Positions 8,497 through 17,491 of a stretch of 64,000 bases of DNA are shown one piece after another; positions within the stretch are counted from its first letter, which is position 1; every line of letters starts with the position of its first letter. The position numbers were made by a program, and so were the translations under genes. The stretch lies in the sequence record OR844650.1. One strand, given 5' to 3'. The notes under the pieces are model-generated. The model searched no databases, was not told the DNA's origin, and saw only the letters and a program-made list of their open reading frames with translations.

Positions 8497-8504
8497 TATT
8501 TATA
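8497..8504 (-). promoter_or_regulatory. T4-type late promoter TATAAATA
   Basis: Exact consensus about 40 nt upstream of the 8460 start. Confidence 0.65.
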
Positions 8505-8575
8505 GTTCCGTTGTCATTTATATCGAATGACATAAAACATTATATCATAATAAGAATGGTTGTCCCAAAGTTAAA

Positions 8576-9019
8576 TTAGTACTGACCAAGTTCAGATGTA
8601 AAAATAAATGCATCCATGTCTTCCAACGTAAGTTTTAAGTCTGGTACATACTTAAGAATAACGCACTCTGGCTTCTTAATAGCAGCTTGATAAGCAGCAA
8701 TGGCAAGGGATTCCAATTGCTGTGCTGTATAATTTTTACGTTCTGCATTAAAAACTTTGTTTTTGATATCACCACCTGGGAGTTTTTCAAACTCACGCAT
8801 AACTGCGGTAAGAACATCGTCAGCAGTGTTACTATATACCCATTGGGGTAATTGCATTACATTATAAATCACACCACTATCATCCATCAAAGAGATCCAT
8901 TTGTACCCATCACTAGCACTGAACAAACGCCCTTTTAGTACTGTGTTATTAGTTAAATTTACAAATGCAAAAATATCTTGTTCGTTAAGTTCAATACTAT
9001 TAACATTTACCCAACTCAT
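8576..9019 (-). CDS. hypothetical protein
   Basis: ORF; likely start MSWV. Confidence 0.7.
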   Translation of the reverse strand: MSWVNVNSIELNEQDIFAFVNLTNNTVLKGRLFSASDGYKWISLMDDSGVIYNVMQLPQWVYSNTADDVLTAVMREFEKLPGGDIKNKVFNAERKNYTAQQLESLAIAAYQAAIKKPECVILKYVPDLKLTLEDMDAFIFTSELGQY

Positions 9020-9032
9020 TACGATTCCCCAT

Positions 9033-9629
9033 TCATAAATCACGAACAATATTCATTAAACACAATTTAGGTTTTATAGCATTCAACACCCATATGCATT
9101 CTTTGTAAGTAGCTATTATATCATCTAAATGCTCAGTTACAATGCTTTCTTGAAAATATTCTTCATCATTGAGCTTTGCTAATTTAGTAACATCACACGT
9201 AGGCACTATAGGTCTGGATTGTACACCCATTCCATTATTGATATTAGTGAAATGTACAAAATGGTACTTCACTACACCTTTATCTAGATTTATTATACAT
9301 GACAAATTTTCCAACTCAGTTAGTTTTTTATTACAAGTAACATTAATGAAACCAGCATTATAGGCTCTATAATCATCTACTGATATCTCAAAATCATTAC
9401 GTTCAAATATAAGTGAAATGAGTTGGTCCAGTGGTTTGACATTCATATATTTTAATGAATTTACGTATGATACTTCAATCTTAGATGAAATTATCTTTTT
9501 ACTAAGTGCAGTTAAATCTTTGTTAGATTTAACTGTTAAAACAATAGGTTTAAACCTAGAACTTTTGTTCTTTTTTGATACTTTAAAACGACCTTTACGA
9601 TTCATAATTTCCTCAATTAATAATTTCAC
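9033..9629 (-). CDS. EExxFQxST-motif family protein
   Basis: NDEEYFQESIVTEH. Confidence 0.75.
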   Translation of the reverse strand: MKLLIEEIMNRKGRFKVSKKNKSSRFKPIVLTVKSNKDLTALSKKIISSKIEVSYVNSLKYMNVKPLDQLISLIFERNDFEISVDDYRAYNAGFINVTCNKKLTELENLSCIINLDKGVVKYHFVHFTNINNGMGVQSRPIVPTCDVTKLAKLNDEEYFQESIVTEHLDDIIATYKECIWVLNAIKPKLCLMNIVRDL

Positions 9630-9834
9630 ATTTAACGTGTGGTTTATATAGCATAATTAACCCATTTTTAAGTACAATGATTGTTGCTCTGTTAGTAATC
9701 GAAACGTTTTTAATTATACTTTTTTTATATGTTTCAACATATTTCTCTTCATAATTTATACATTTAACATATTCTTTTTGTTTAGCACTTACAACAGTAC
9801 TGAATAATATCAGTACAAGTACTATATATTTCAT
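9613..9834 (-). CDS. small exported protein
   Basis: Signal peptide MKYIVLVLILFSTVVSA. Confidence 0.7.
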   Translation of the reverse strand: MKYIVLVLILFSTVVSAKQKEYVKCINYEEKYVETYKKSIIKNVSITNRATIIVLKNGLIMLYKPHVKCEIIN

Positions 9835-9851
9835 TACTATACCTTATAAAC

Positions 9852-9876
9852 AAAAAGGAATTCATTTAAGAATTCC
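9852..9876 (-). terminator. intrinsic terminator
   Basis: GGAATTC..GAATTCC followed by T5 on minus strand. Confidence 0.6.
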
Positions 9877-9886
9877 TATTTTACAA

Positions 9887-10180
9887 TCATTTATCTAACA
9901 TACCATTGTGCAAACGTTCATATACTTCAGTTCGACGCAAATTAACAATATCTTCTGCGTATTTTAATGTAAATGCCCATGCTTTTGGATGTACGTTAAG
10001 CTTCATACGAATTCGATTTTTCATCAACTCTCCACTTAAACGAATAAATTCGTGTACACCACGACTACCGTATTCAGTAATTAAATCATTAATGTACATA
10101 TCACGAAGAGTTTCATCTGCACATTCTTTAACCATTTCTACGTCAGCGACGATGCTTTCATTAACTGAAGTACTGATCAT
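9887..10180 (-). CDS. hypothetical protein
   Basis: 97-aa ORF, AAGGT SD. Confidence 0.7.
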   Translation of the reverse strand: MISTSVNESIVADVEMVKECADETLRDMYINDLITEYGSRGVHEFIRLSGELMKNRIRMKLNVHPKAWAFTLKYAEDIVNLRRTEVYERLHNGMLDK

Positions 10181-10192
10181 TTTTAATTTACC

Positions 10193-10459
10193 TTATTTAA
10201 ATTCGACTGTAATTTTATCACCTTCAACTACGAACTTACAGTTGTAGCGACGTGCCATATCCATGTACATATGCTCAGAGTACCAAGGAACATCAATAAT
10301 CGGATGCTCTGCATATTGTAGAACTTCACGGTCGCCCACTGTAGTAATGATGAAAGGAATGTTCATCTCTCGTAAAAACAGTTCAGCACCAGGAGAACGA
10401 TTAATAAATTCAGTATCATTACGTAAAGTAAATCCATTATATTGTAATTTAAGCTTCAT
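10193..10459 (-). CDS. hypothetical protein
   Basis: 88-aa ORF, GAGGA SD. Confidence 0.7.
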   Translation of the reverse strand: MKLKLQYNGFTLRNDTEFINRSPGAELFLREMNIPFIITTVGDREVLQYAEHPIIDVPWYSEHMYMDMARRYNCKFVVEGDKITVEFK

Positions 10460-10473
10460 ATGTTATCCTCTAT

Positions 10474-10818
10474 TCAATACCATTCTTTAAAACCATTAAG
10501 TTCGGCTACGTGAGTGATTATAACACATATAACATTCAGGTCAAGTATAATTTGATCATAATTTAATTTTATACGATCATCATTATATGCTCTAAAAACT
10601 ACATCGTAATCAAAGAAATTTGCGTTTTCATCATTCATTGAAACGATTCGGTATCTACGTCTTCCATCTGTATTGAATATAGTTAAACACTGTTGAAACT
10701 TTCTCATTAACTGTTTAGATAGGATATTATAATATTCAATATCTTTTTGTGAATTACGTGGGTCATCAGGAAGATAGAATGAAACAAATTTCTTTAATTC
10801 TATTTGAGTTTTATCCAT
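10474..10818 (-). CDS. hypothetical protein
   Basis: 114-aa ORF. Confidence 0.7.
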   Translation of the reverse strand: MDKTQIELKKFVSFYLPDDPRNSQKDIEYYNILSKQLMRKFQQCLTIFNTDGRRRYRIVSMNDENANFFDYDVVFRAYNDDRIKLNYDQIILDLNVICVIITHVAELNGFKEWY

Positions 10819-11251
10819 ATATTACCTCATGTGTTTCTCTTTTACTTTGTCGGAACTCATCCTTTGCTTCCTTAACTGACATGATACGAACTAATTTAGC
10901 ACTACCGCAATAGTACTGAACCTGATTACGACCAATGTCTACATGGTGGTCTGGAACTTCATATACAGATATAGCAAACCCAGCACGATGCAATTTACCC
11001 AAGTCCATAGTGAAGAATCTGAACAAATCTTTCAAACTTTGACAGCCAAATACCCATCCACTTTTGATTGAATAGATCCCATCCTCAGTTGGTTCAGGTT
11101 GGAATTGAGAAGGTGTAGTCATAAGCAAACGGTCAAATCCATTTTTAGTACTGTATCTGGTTGAATACCGTGCAAACGGACCTACAGTTCGTGCAGGATC
11201 TAAGTTAGGTTCAATGTAACTAAATTTAAGTTCAAAACGATATACATACAT
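10811..11251 (-). CDS. hypothetical protein, possible ADP-ribosyltransferase-like fold
   Basis: N-terminal VYRFE, then GPF, PEPTEDG and VFGCQSL; fold call is speculative. Confidence 0.4.
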   Translation of the reverse strand: MYVYRFELKFSYIEPNLDPARTVGPFARYSTRYSTKNGFDRLLMTTPSQFQPEPTEDGIYSIKSGWVFGCQSLKDLFRFFTMDLGKLHRAGFAISVYEVPDHHVDIGRNQVQYYCGSAKLVRIMSVKEAKDEFRQSKRETHEVIYG

Positions 11252-11279
11252 AATTAAAATCCTCTAATTTATTAAGAGA

Positions 11280-11314
11280 ATTATAACAAAAAAGGCTGAC
11301 CGAAGTCAACCTTT
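11280..11314 (-). terminator. Composite cUUCGg terminator and promoter (TTGACT-18-TATAAT); -35 overlaps TGA stop
   Basis: AAAGGT-TGA-CTTCGGTCAGCC-TTTTTT-GT-TATAAT. Confidence 0.85.
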
Positions 11315-11497
11315 GTTTTGAAGTTCTTGAACTAATTGTCGTACTTCGTTAATATTTTTACACTGCTTTACAGTGAAGTAATCATACTTACGACCATAGG
11401 TTCTTGGGTCATCACCTTCCATATACTGCTGCACATCAAAGATTTGTAAGTAGGGATGCTGCATAACACGAATATTATCACTTTGATAAATCAACAT
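11306..11497 (-). CDS. hypothetical protein
   Basis: Likely start MLIYQS after AAGGA SD. Confidence 0.65.
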   Translation of the reverse strand: MLIYQSDNIRVMQHPYLQIFDVQQYMEGDDPRTYGRKYDYFTVKQCKNINEVRQLVQELQNKG

Positions 11498-11501
11498 AAT
11501 A

Positions 11502-11852
11502 TCAATCCTTATATTTACACAAGCCACCAAAACTAGTTTCTTTAGCACCACGACGCATCATAACTAATTTAGCATATTGTGTGCCATTACTATCTTCATA
11601 TACATCTACTTCAATAAACGCTAAGAAGTTAGGGTCTGTGTCGTTAGAAAACTCAGTGAAGCTAATGTCGCCTACTGTATGCTCTTTAACAAACGTATAT
11701 GATTGTCCATCAATATATACAATATCTCGATCGTCACTATCACCTTGATAGATATGTTTAATATTACCATCTGTACAAACTAAACCTTCCAATGGTTCAG
11801 CATATGACAATCCACACATTAACATACATACAAAAAATAAAATAATTTTCAT
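11502..11852 (-). CDS. exported protein, paralog-like to 12244..12603
   Basis: Signal peptide; LVC...IVYIDGQSYTF. Confidence 0.7.
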   Translation of the reverse strand: MKIILFFVCMLMCGLSYAEPLEGLVCTDGNIKHIYQGDSDDRDIVYIDGQSYTFVKEHTVGDISFTEFSNDTDPNFLAFIEVDVYEDSNGTQYAKLVMMRRGAKETSFGGLCKYKD

Positions 11853-11854
11853 GA

Positions 11855-12232
11855 TTATTTTCCTCCAACGTTAAGTGATTTCTTGTACTGATATTCTTTA
11901 TAAGTACTATACCATATATCACCAACGTAAATCAAGTACCACGTAGCAGGATAAAGAGCCAATCCAGTACTGATGTATACGAACTTTTGGTCAAGGACAT
12001 CAAATACATACAGAAGGAAAGTTACTCCCATAATGCAAGAACAAATTAACCACAAGTTATAAGCAATCGAATCGCAAGCAAAAATAGAATCAAGCTTAGA
12101 AATTAGGACATATTTGTTTGTTAAAATGAAATGAATTACTGCAACTAAACAATATCCTGCCATAAAAATAGAAATTAAAAAAGACAGAATAATTGGAATA
12201 TTCAACAACAAAAGTAAAATAGTGTTTACCAT
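11855..12232 (-). CDS. membrane protein
   Basis: 3-4 hydrophobic segments. Confidence 0.7.
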   Translation of the reverse strand: MVNTILLLLLNIPIILSFLISIFMAGYCLVAVIHFILTNKYVLISKLDSIFACDSIAYNLWLICSCIMGVTFLLYVFDVLDQKFVYISTGLALYPATWYLIYVGDIWYSTYKEYQYKKSLNVGGK

Positions 12233-12243
12233 TTTTTTAAGTC

Positions 12244-12603
12244 CTATATTTCACAGTGTAAGTTCAATTTATCTATATCTAGGTCACGGCGTACCGATGA
12301 GTCCAAGTAAATTACTATATAGATATCACCATTACCAGTTCTTGGGTCTACAATTAATATTACGTTTGCTAATGTACCAGAATCATCTCTATAAGTCGAG
12401 ATTTTTTTATTACCGATAATACTTTCTACTTTAAAACGATAAATCACACCATCAACAACTATATTTTTACCATTTCTAGGGTCGTTAGTCAATACATGCC
12501 ACGTTCCCTTAGTACTACGACAATATGTTTCTGCTGCTGCACAATAACTAAAACATGAAAATAATGCACACACAAGTGCTATTAATTTTATATAACTCTT
12601 CAT
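12244..12603 (-). CDS. exported protein, paralog-like to 11502..11852
   Basis: Signal peptide; TYC...IVVDGVIYRF. Confidence 0.7.
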   Translation of the reverse strand: MKSYIKLIALVCALFSCFSYCAAAETYCRSTKGTWHVLTNDPRNGKNIVVDGVIYRFKVESIIGNKKISTYRDDSGTLANVILIVDPRTGNGDIYIVIYLDSSVRRDLDIDKLNLHCEI

Positions 12604-12620
12604 AACAAACCTCTAACGAG

Positions 12621-12657
12621 AAATACTTCTGTACTATATATATGTACAGAAGTATTT
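12621..12657. repeat. 14-bp perfect inverted repeat with 9-nt AT loop
   Basis: AAATACTTCTGTAC-tatatatat-GTACAGAAGTATTT, intergenic. Confidence 0.75.
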
Positions 12658-12681
12658 AATACTATAGAGATATTTTCACTG

Positions 12682-13008
12682 TTACATCTTATTCGTGAAC
12701 TTGAATTTGATAATATCAATCCAAATTTTAACATTTCCTGCAAATAGTGCTTTGATTAGCCACATAATTGCAACAAAGTTCTCAACTAAATCCAAAGTTT
12801 TAACTACTGCACCGAGTGGGAAGATAAAACTCAAAACCCATACAATTACTGAAACCACAACGACTGCATAGAAAATACGCACAATCGGTGAATCAAGCAT
12901 AAACAACTCAGAGAACTCTTTTTTATCATTATCATCAGTAATGAAGCATTCGTAAACCAGAAGCCAAATCAGAATTAAAGACGGAATTGAAATTAGTACT
13001 GATAGCAT
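12682..13008 (-). CDS. membrane protein
   Basis: 3 hydrophobic segments. Confidence 0.7.
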   Translation of the reverse strand: MLSVLISIPSLILIWLLVYECFITDDNDKKEFSELFMLDSPIVRIFYAVVVVSVIVWVLSFIFPLGAVVKTLDLVENFVAIMWLIKALFAGNVKIWIDIIKFKFTNKM

Positions 13009-13054
13009 ATTTTTTACCTCAAGTTTAAGTGTTAAGTTTCAGACTACAGGAACC

Positions 13055-13082
13055 ATTATACAGTACTACTAATGGTTGTCAA
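13055..13082 (-). promoter_or_regulatory. sigma70-type promoter TTGACA-16-TATAAT with AGTACTG abutting -10
   Basis: TTGACA accattagtagtactg TATAAT. Confidence 0.75.
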
Positions 13083-13308
13083 CTGGTTTTTCTTCAATAA
13101 GCATAAGATAACTGATTACGAAGAGTAATACCGACACAATATCAATAACAGTAAAGCTCACGGGAATGATAATAGAAACCAGTACTAATGCCACGTTTAG
13201 CAAGAATACAGTAGTGATATCTACAATCGGTCGTTTAGTGGCTAATGCTACTAGTGTAGGATAAAACATAAACAATAGTGCAACAACAAAACTTAGTACT
13301 AGATACAT
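13069..13308 (-). CDS. small membrane protein
   Basis: Hydrophobic 79-aa ORF. Confidence 0.7.
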   Translation of the reverse strand: MYLVLSFVVALLFMFYPTLVALATKRPIVDITTVFLLNVALVLVSIIIPVSFTVIDIVSVLLFVISYLMLIEEKPVDNH

Positions 13309-13961
13309 TTCTTTTTCACCTTAATAAAATTATAACACAAAACCACATCAACATCTGGCTCATCATACAAGTACTCAAAACGTTCTTTACTTCGTTTAGT
13401 ACCGATATACTCACCATTCTTATGCCAACGCCATCCACCATCCTTTGGTTGTTCAGACTTCAGTACTGGGTGATAGCACAGGACAATTTCTTCTGGACCT
13501 TCAATTAGGTTCTTGTACTTATTCATAATCTGTTCAAGCGTATCTGCTACACCATAAGATGGATGCATAAGATAAGACTCAGGACGTGGACGTCCACTTG
13601 GTAGAATATCATCAGTACTATTAAAGATAGCACGGAAGTCTTCAGATGTGTATAGACTTCCATCTTCATGGATCATTGGGTATTCATCCACGACATCGTA
13701 ATCAGTGAAGTGTTCAATTGCATGTGCAGGTCGATAACCTGCAAGGATACCTGCATGTTTAGTCTGGACAATAGTCATAACAGATGTATTGTTGTTTACA
13801 TTTGGATCATGAATTTCAGCCCAAAACGGATGATTTGGATCAAAAGTTGCATTTACCAATGTACACTCACCAATGTAGTCAAACATAGTTTCCTTGAAGT
13901 TTAAAGAAACTCCACGTAATGCCCAGTCAGGTGAAGTGATGAAATTAAGATTAACTAACAT
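13299..13961 (-). CDS. conserved phage hypothetical protein (GGWRWHKxGxYIG family)
   Basis: PVLKSEQPKDGGWRWHKNGEYIG...EYLYDEP, a motif recurrent in phage proteins. Confidence 0.7.
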   Translation of the reverse strand: MLVNLNFITSPDWALRGVSLNFKETMFDYIGECTLVNATFDPNHPFWAEIHDPNVNNNTSVMTIVQTKHAGILAGYRPAHAIEHFTDYDVVDEYPMIHEDGSLYTSEDFRAIFNSTDDILPSGRPRPESYLMHPSYGVADTLEQIMNKYKNLIEGPEEIVLCYHPVLKSEQPKDGGWRWHKNGEYIGTKRSKERFEYLYDEPDVDVVLCYNFIKVKKKCI

Positions 13962-13993
13962 AAGTATCCTCAGATGCAATTTTTTTGATGTGG

Positions 13994-14645
13994 TTATTGT
14001 ATCAAAGATGTATCGATTTGTACAACATTTATTGTAACTATTTCGTACATATAGTCAGGTGCATTGAACTCAGCATACCACTCAATGATCTCACAAGCAG
14101 CATCAACTTGGTTGTTCGCATTAACACGTCTTGCATAGGTACTAGACATTTTATATCTACCATTTACATACACGTTATATACACCATGACACCACCACAT
14201 CTTAGTCATTTATACTAGGCCATACTTTATATTGTAAGTTCTGGTATTGAAATTTACCAATTTCATTTTTCTTACGGAATGATTCATCTACTTGAATTTC
14301 CGCATCGTACTGACCATCAGCCTGTACAACGTACTTAAATTCTTCTACGTGTGAAAAACGTTGACCTTCACCTTCTGGTTTATAGACTTGTACTAAACCT
14401 TCAACTAGATATAAATTCATTTATCATTCCTCATCACTTTCAGTTAGTATAATGCTATGTACAGTTTCCACATAGCGGTGTGTTTTGGGTGTGTTATACT
14501 TTGTAATTTCATCAAACAATTTAAACAGTGCATCCACTTCACTAAGAGCACGAATGAATACATCCATCTTTGTGACAACTCTGGAATAACCTCGTATGTT
14601 ATTAAATTCAGAGACGTGTTCATACACAACATAGTATCTATTCAT
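13994..14645 (-). other. Three small hypothetical CDS (13994..14209, 14202..14420, 14424..14645)
   Basis: Abutting 71-73 aa ORFs; two begin MNxYxV. Confidence 0.65.
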
Positions 14646-15160
14646 ATATTAAAAAGTTCCATGAATTCATTGAATAAAGAAGTTCTAATGCACATAACAA
14701 ATTCAAAATCAACATCTATGGTGTCAAGTAGTTTGAACAACTTTGGTACTAATGGATCATTCACCTCAAAGTTATGAATCAAACTTTGTTGAAACACATT
14801 TTCTTCAGTACTATAATCAATAACAAAATATTCAGCAATACCAGGTGGTGTGTAAACATCATATAAAATATGGCGGTGATGATTTGTTTTAGAACTAGGG
14901 GAATATATAAGTTCTATTTCATAAGATTTATCAGCACTGCGTGCGTAACAAACAATATCAGTACTCGTTATTTCTGAACCATCACTTCTCTCTGAAAAAC
15001 AAACATCAGCATAGCGTTTTCCAGAGAGATTCAAAAGGTCATGAGTTGTTTTACCATAACAGAAATCAGTTTCAATGCGTATCACATCTTGATATTCAAT
15101 TGGTCTTGTATCGCGGCGTTCACGATTAAACACTAATTTCAACAACTCATTAATATCCAT
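14642..15160 (-). CDS. EExxFQxST-motif family protein
   Basis: STEENVFQQSLIHNF. Confidence 0.75.
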   Translation of the reverse strand: MDINELLKLVFNRERRDTRPIEYQDVIRIETDFCYGKTTHDLLNLSGKRYADVCFSERSDGSEITSTDIVCYARSADKSYEIELIYSPSSKTNHHRHILYDVYTPPGIAEYFVIDYSTEENVFQQSLIHNFEVNDPLVPKLFKLLDTIDVDFEFVMCIRTSLFNEFMELFNI

Positions 15161-15729
15161 TATTTCGCCTCGATAACCTTAAGGTTAACAAAATCACCTT
15201 TTACTTTCATGCATTTGAATTCAGTGCGAGTTTCATCCCCACTATCGCGAGGCCAATGAGTGGCAGAGTAGCACTGGTCTGGTGTTTTATATACACCTTC
15301 ACCAATAGTACGAGTGATTTCACCATTGGTGAGAACTACTGCGAGATATAAAGTAAACATGATATTCGCCTTAGAATAATTTATTAATAATAATAGCACC
15401 CAACGCAAGAACTGCAATAATTACAGATACCCACATTACTGCATTCACTGTACCAGTAAGTTCTTTATCAAACTCCCTGCACTTCTTGCGGTAATCTTCC
15501 CACTCTTTGTTATTCACACTGCCACTCCTAATAGGTCTGTAGCTTTCTTGAGTACTACGTCAATGGTTTCCAGTACTGCACCTTTGTGTTCAATTGATAC
15601 AATATTATTATAAGTATCAAGGTCCAAGTACTCCATATATTCAGTTTTGAATACACGAACATCAGTACTAGTGATTTTAATATCACAACCTTTATCCCAA
15701 ATAACCTGCATCATTTCATTGGTAGTCAT
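15160..15729 (-). other. Small hypothetical CDS (15160..15417, 15514..15729)
   Basis: ORFs in operon context. Confidence 0.55.
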
Positions 15730-16004
15730 TATTCAACCTTATCATAAACAAGTTTGTGTGTGCTTAGTACTTTGTTGTGATGTCCAGGGCATTCATATAC
15801 ATACAATCGCTCCTGTCGTTTTTCCCAACCACCACAGATACGACCTGATTGTGTACATACCTCATACTCGTTAATAAAAGACTTACCTGTGAATGTACAA
15901 TCCTGACGAACTAAGTCTTTTGCACTAAACCTGCCGTCATCATTACATGCTGTAAGAAACATTGTACAGAATACAAAGACAACTGTCAATAGTTTTTTAA
16001 TCAT
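15729..16004 (-). CDS. lipoprotein
   Basis: Lipobox FLTA-C after hydrophobic signal. Confidence 0.7.
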   Translation of the reverse strand: MIKKLLTVVFVFCTMFLTACNDDGRFSAKDLVRQDCTFTGKSFINEYEVCTQSGRICGGWEKRQERLYVYECPGHHNKVLSTHKLVYDKVE

Positions 16005-16369
16005 TGAACATCACCCCAACGGAAGCCATTCATATAATTCAAATTCACCTCAACGAGTTCATGTGTTTTTGTACACCAAATTGATAGAGTTTTTGTAACA
16101 TCACCAGGTGAACTTTCATACTTCACACAATACCCTTCAATGCGAAGAGTTTTGTTAGTCCAATGTTGCCACTCAATCCAAATTTCATTAGGATAATAAA
16201 CCATATCTTCCTTGAACCTATGGTATTGATCCATCGGTAAGTGACCTTCAACTTCAATTACTTCAGCACTTCGAACAAGTTTGTCAAGCTTGTACTTTAT
16301 CTCAGCAAGATATTCTTCATCATTCAGACGAGTTAATAAATCTGCTGCACGTGTTGTATCAAGGCTCAT
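16001..16369 (-). CDS. hypothetical protein
   Basis: 122-aa ORF, ATGA overlaps. Confidence 0.7.
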   Translation of the reverse strand: MSLDTTRAADLLTRLNDEEYLAEIKYKLDKLVRSAEVIEVEGHLPMDQYHRFKEDMVYYPNEIWIEWQHWTNKTLRIEGYCVKYESSPGDVTKTLSIWCTKTHELVEVNLNYMNGFRWGDVQ

Positions 16370-16617
16370 TGTTGTACTCCATTAATCACTGATGTATGCA
16401 TACGAATTTTCCCACTCGTATGTGACGAAGAAGTGTTTGCATTAGGACAGTACACAGTGTACAAAGTCGCACCAGCACCATCTTGTTGCATACGATAAAT
16501 CTTACACCCTGCTTCTTTTAATTCAGCAGGTAGAACAAAATCACTTGTACGTTCTTTGGTAGAAGCATCACATGCAGTGAGTAGAAATGCGACGAGTACT
16601 GCTACAATGTATTTCAT
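16366..16617 (-). CDS. lipoprotein
   Basis: Lipobox LLTA-C. Confidence 0.75.
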   Translation of the reverse strand: MKYIVAVLVAFLLTACDASTKERTSDFVLPAELKEAGCKIYRMQQDGAGATLYTVYCPNANTSSSHTSGKIRMHTSVINGVQQ

Positions 16618-16925
16618 TAACGAACCTCCACTTCTTGAGAAAGAGCATGAGTCAGTGCATTTGAGTTCGAACCATTCATTTCACGCTGACATACAAACAT
16701 AATGGCATCTTGTACTGAACCTGCGATTTCATACTCACGACCTTCTGGATCAGTTACCAGATGTTCAACGATACAACCACCCCTCAGTACAGAAGCACCA
16801 GTACTTACACTAATTCTGTAACCTAAGAAATCAAACTGCATACATGCGTCAGTAGGTTTCATCCAATAACCGCTGTTTTGATTCAAATCGATGATTACAA
16901 AACCTTGAGTGTTAGTTTGAAACAT
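16617..16925 (-). CDS. hypothetical protein
   Basis: 102-aa ORF, AAGGA SD. Confidence 0.7.
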   Translation of the reverse strand: MFQTNTQGFVIIDLNQNSGYWMKPTDACMQFDFLGYRISVSTGASVLRGGCIVEHLVTDPEGREYEIAGSVQDAIMFVCQREMNGSNSNALTHALSQEVEVR

Positions 16926-17018
16926 AGTTAATTCCTTAATTAATTTAAAAGGGTGGAAACGCAGTGACGAGTACGATTATGCTGTCTTTCCTTTCACTGC
17001 ATTCCCTTTGATATAAAC

Positions 17019-17047
17019 ATTATACTGCTATTATTCAGTTCTGTCAA
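17019..17047 (-). promoter_or_regulatory. sigma70-type promoter TTGACA-17-TATAAT
   Basis: Perfect consensus, followed by GTTTATATCAAA shared with the 17368 promoter. Confidence 0.85.
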
Positions 17048-17322
17048 TCGATATAAGTACCTTTTTTAACATCACAGACTTCTTCCATCCAATGTGGATT
17101 TTCGTTTTTATCAGTGAAGATTTGTTCTGCTTCTTCTTTTGTTTCAGCTAGGACAATACGATCCCCTTCATCCAAATCACGGATACGATACACTTTCAGT
17201 TCTTGTTTCTTCTCAAGAATATTACACAGTTCACGTGCTTTTTCTTCATCGCACTTCCCTTCATTAGCATAAAACCAAATTGCTTTTTTAATAAGGTCAC
17301 GTTCTTCTTTAGAAAAAGACAT
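17044..17322 (-). CDS. hypothetical protein
   Basis: Likely start MSFSKEE. Confidence 0.65.
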   Translation of the reverse strand: MSFSKEERDLIKKAIWFYANEGKCDEEKARELCNILEKKQELKVYRIRDLDEGDRIVLAETKEEAEQIFTDKNENPHWMEEVCDVKKGTYID

Positions 17323-17367
17323 AATATTTCCTATCATTTGTTAAAGTGGATTTCGTTTGATATAAAC

Positions 17368-17395
17368 ATTATACAGTACTGATATCTTATGTCAA
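17368..17395 (-). promoter_or_regulatory. sigma70-type promoter TTGACA-16-TATAAT with CAGTACTG abutting -10
   Basis: TTGACA taagatatcagtactg TATAAT. Confidence 0.8.
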
Positions 17396-17491
17396 GTATT
17401 AATCACCAAAAATCATCAGATACCCAAACCAACCCACACAGACGACTAAGCTAACAATACCAAAGACAATCTCTAAAGTCATGTTGTATCC

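Noticed and set aside
300-11314. Repeated GGTTGACTTCGGTCAGCC read as CRISPR repeats
   Set aside because: Copies are 0.2-5 kb apart, separated by whole genes, and no cas genes are present; terminator-promoter architecture explains them.
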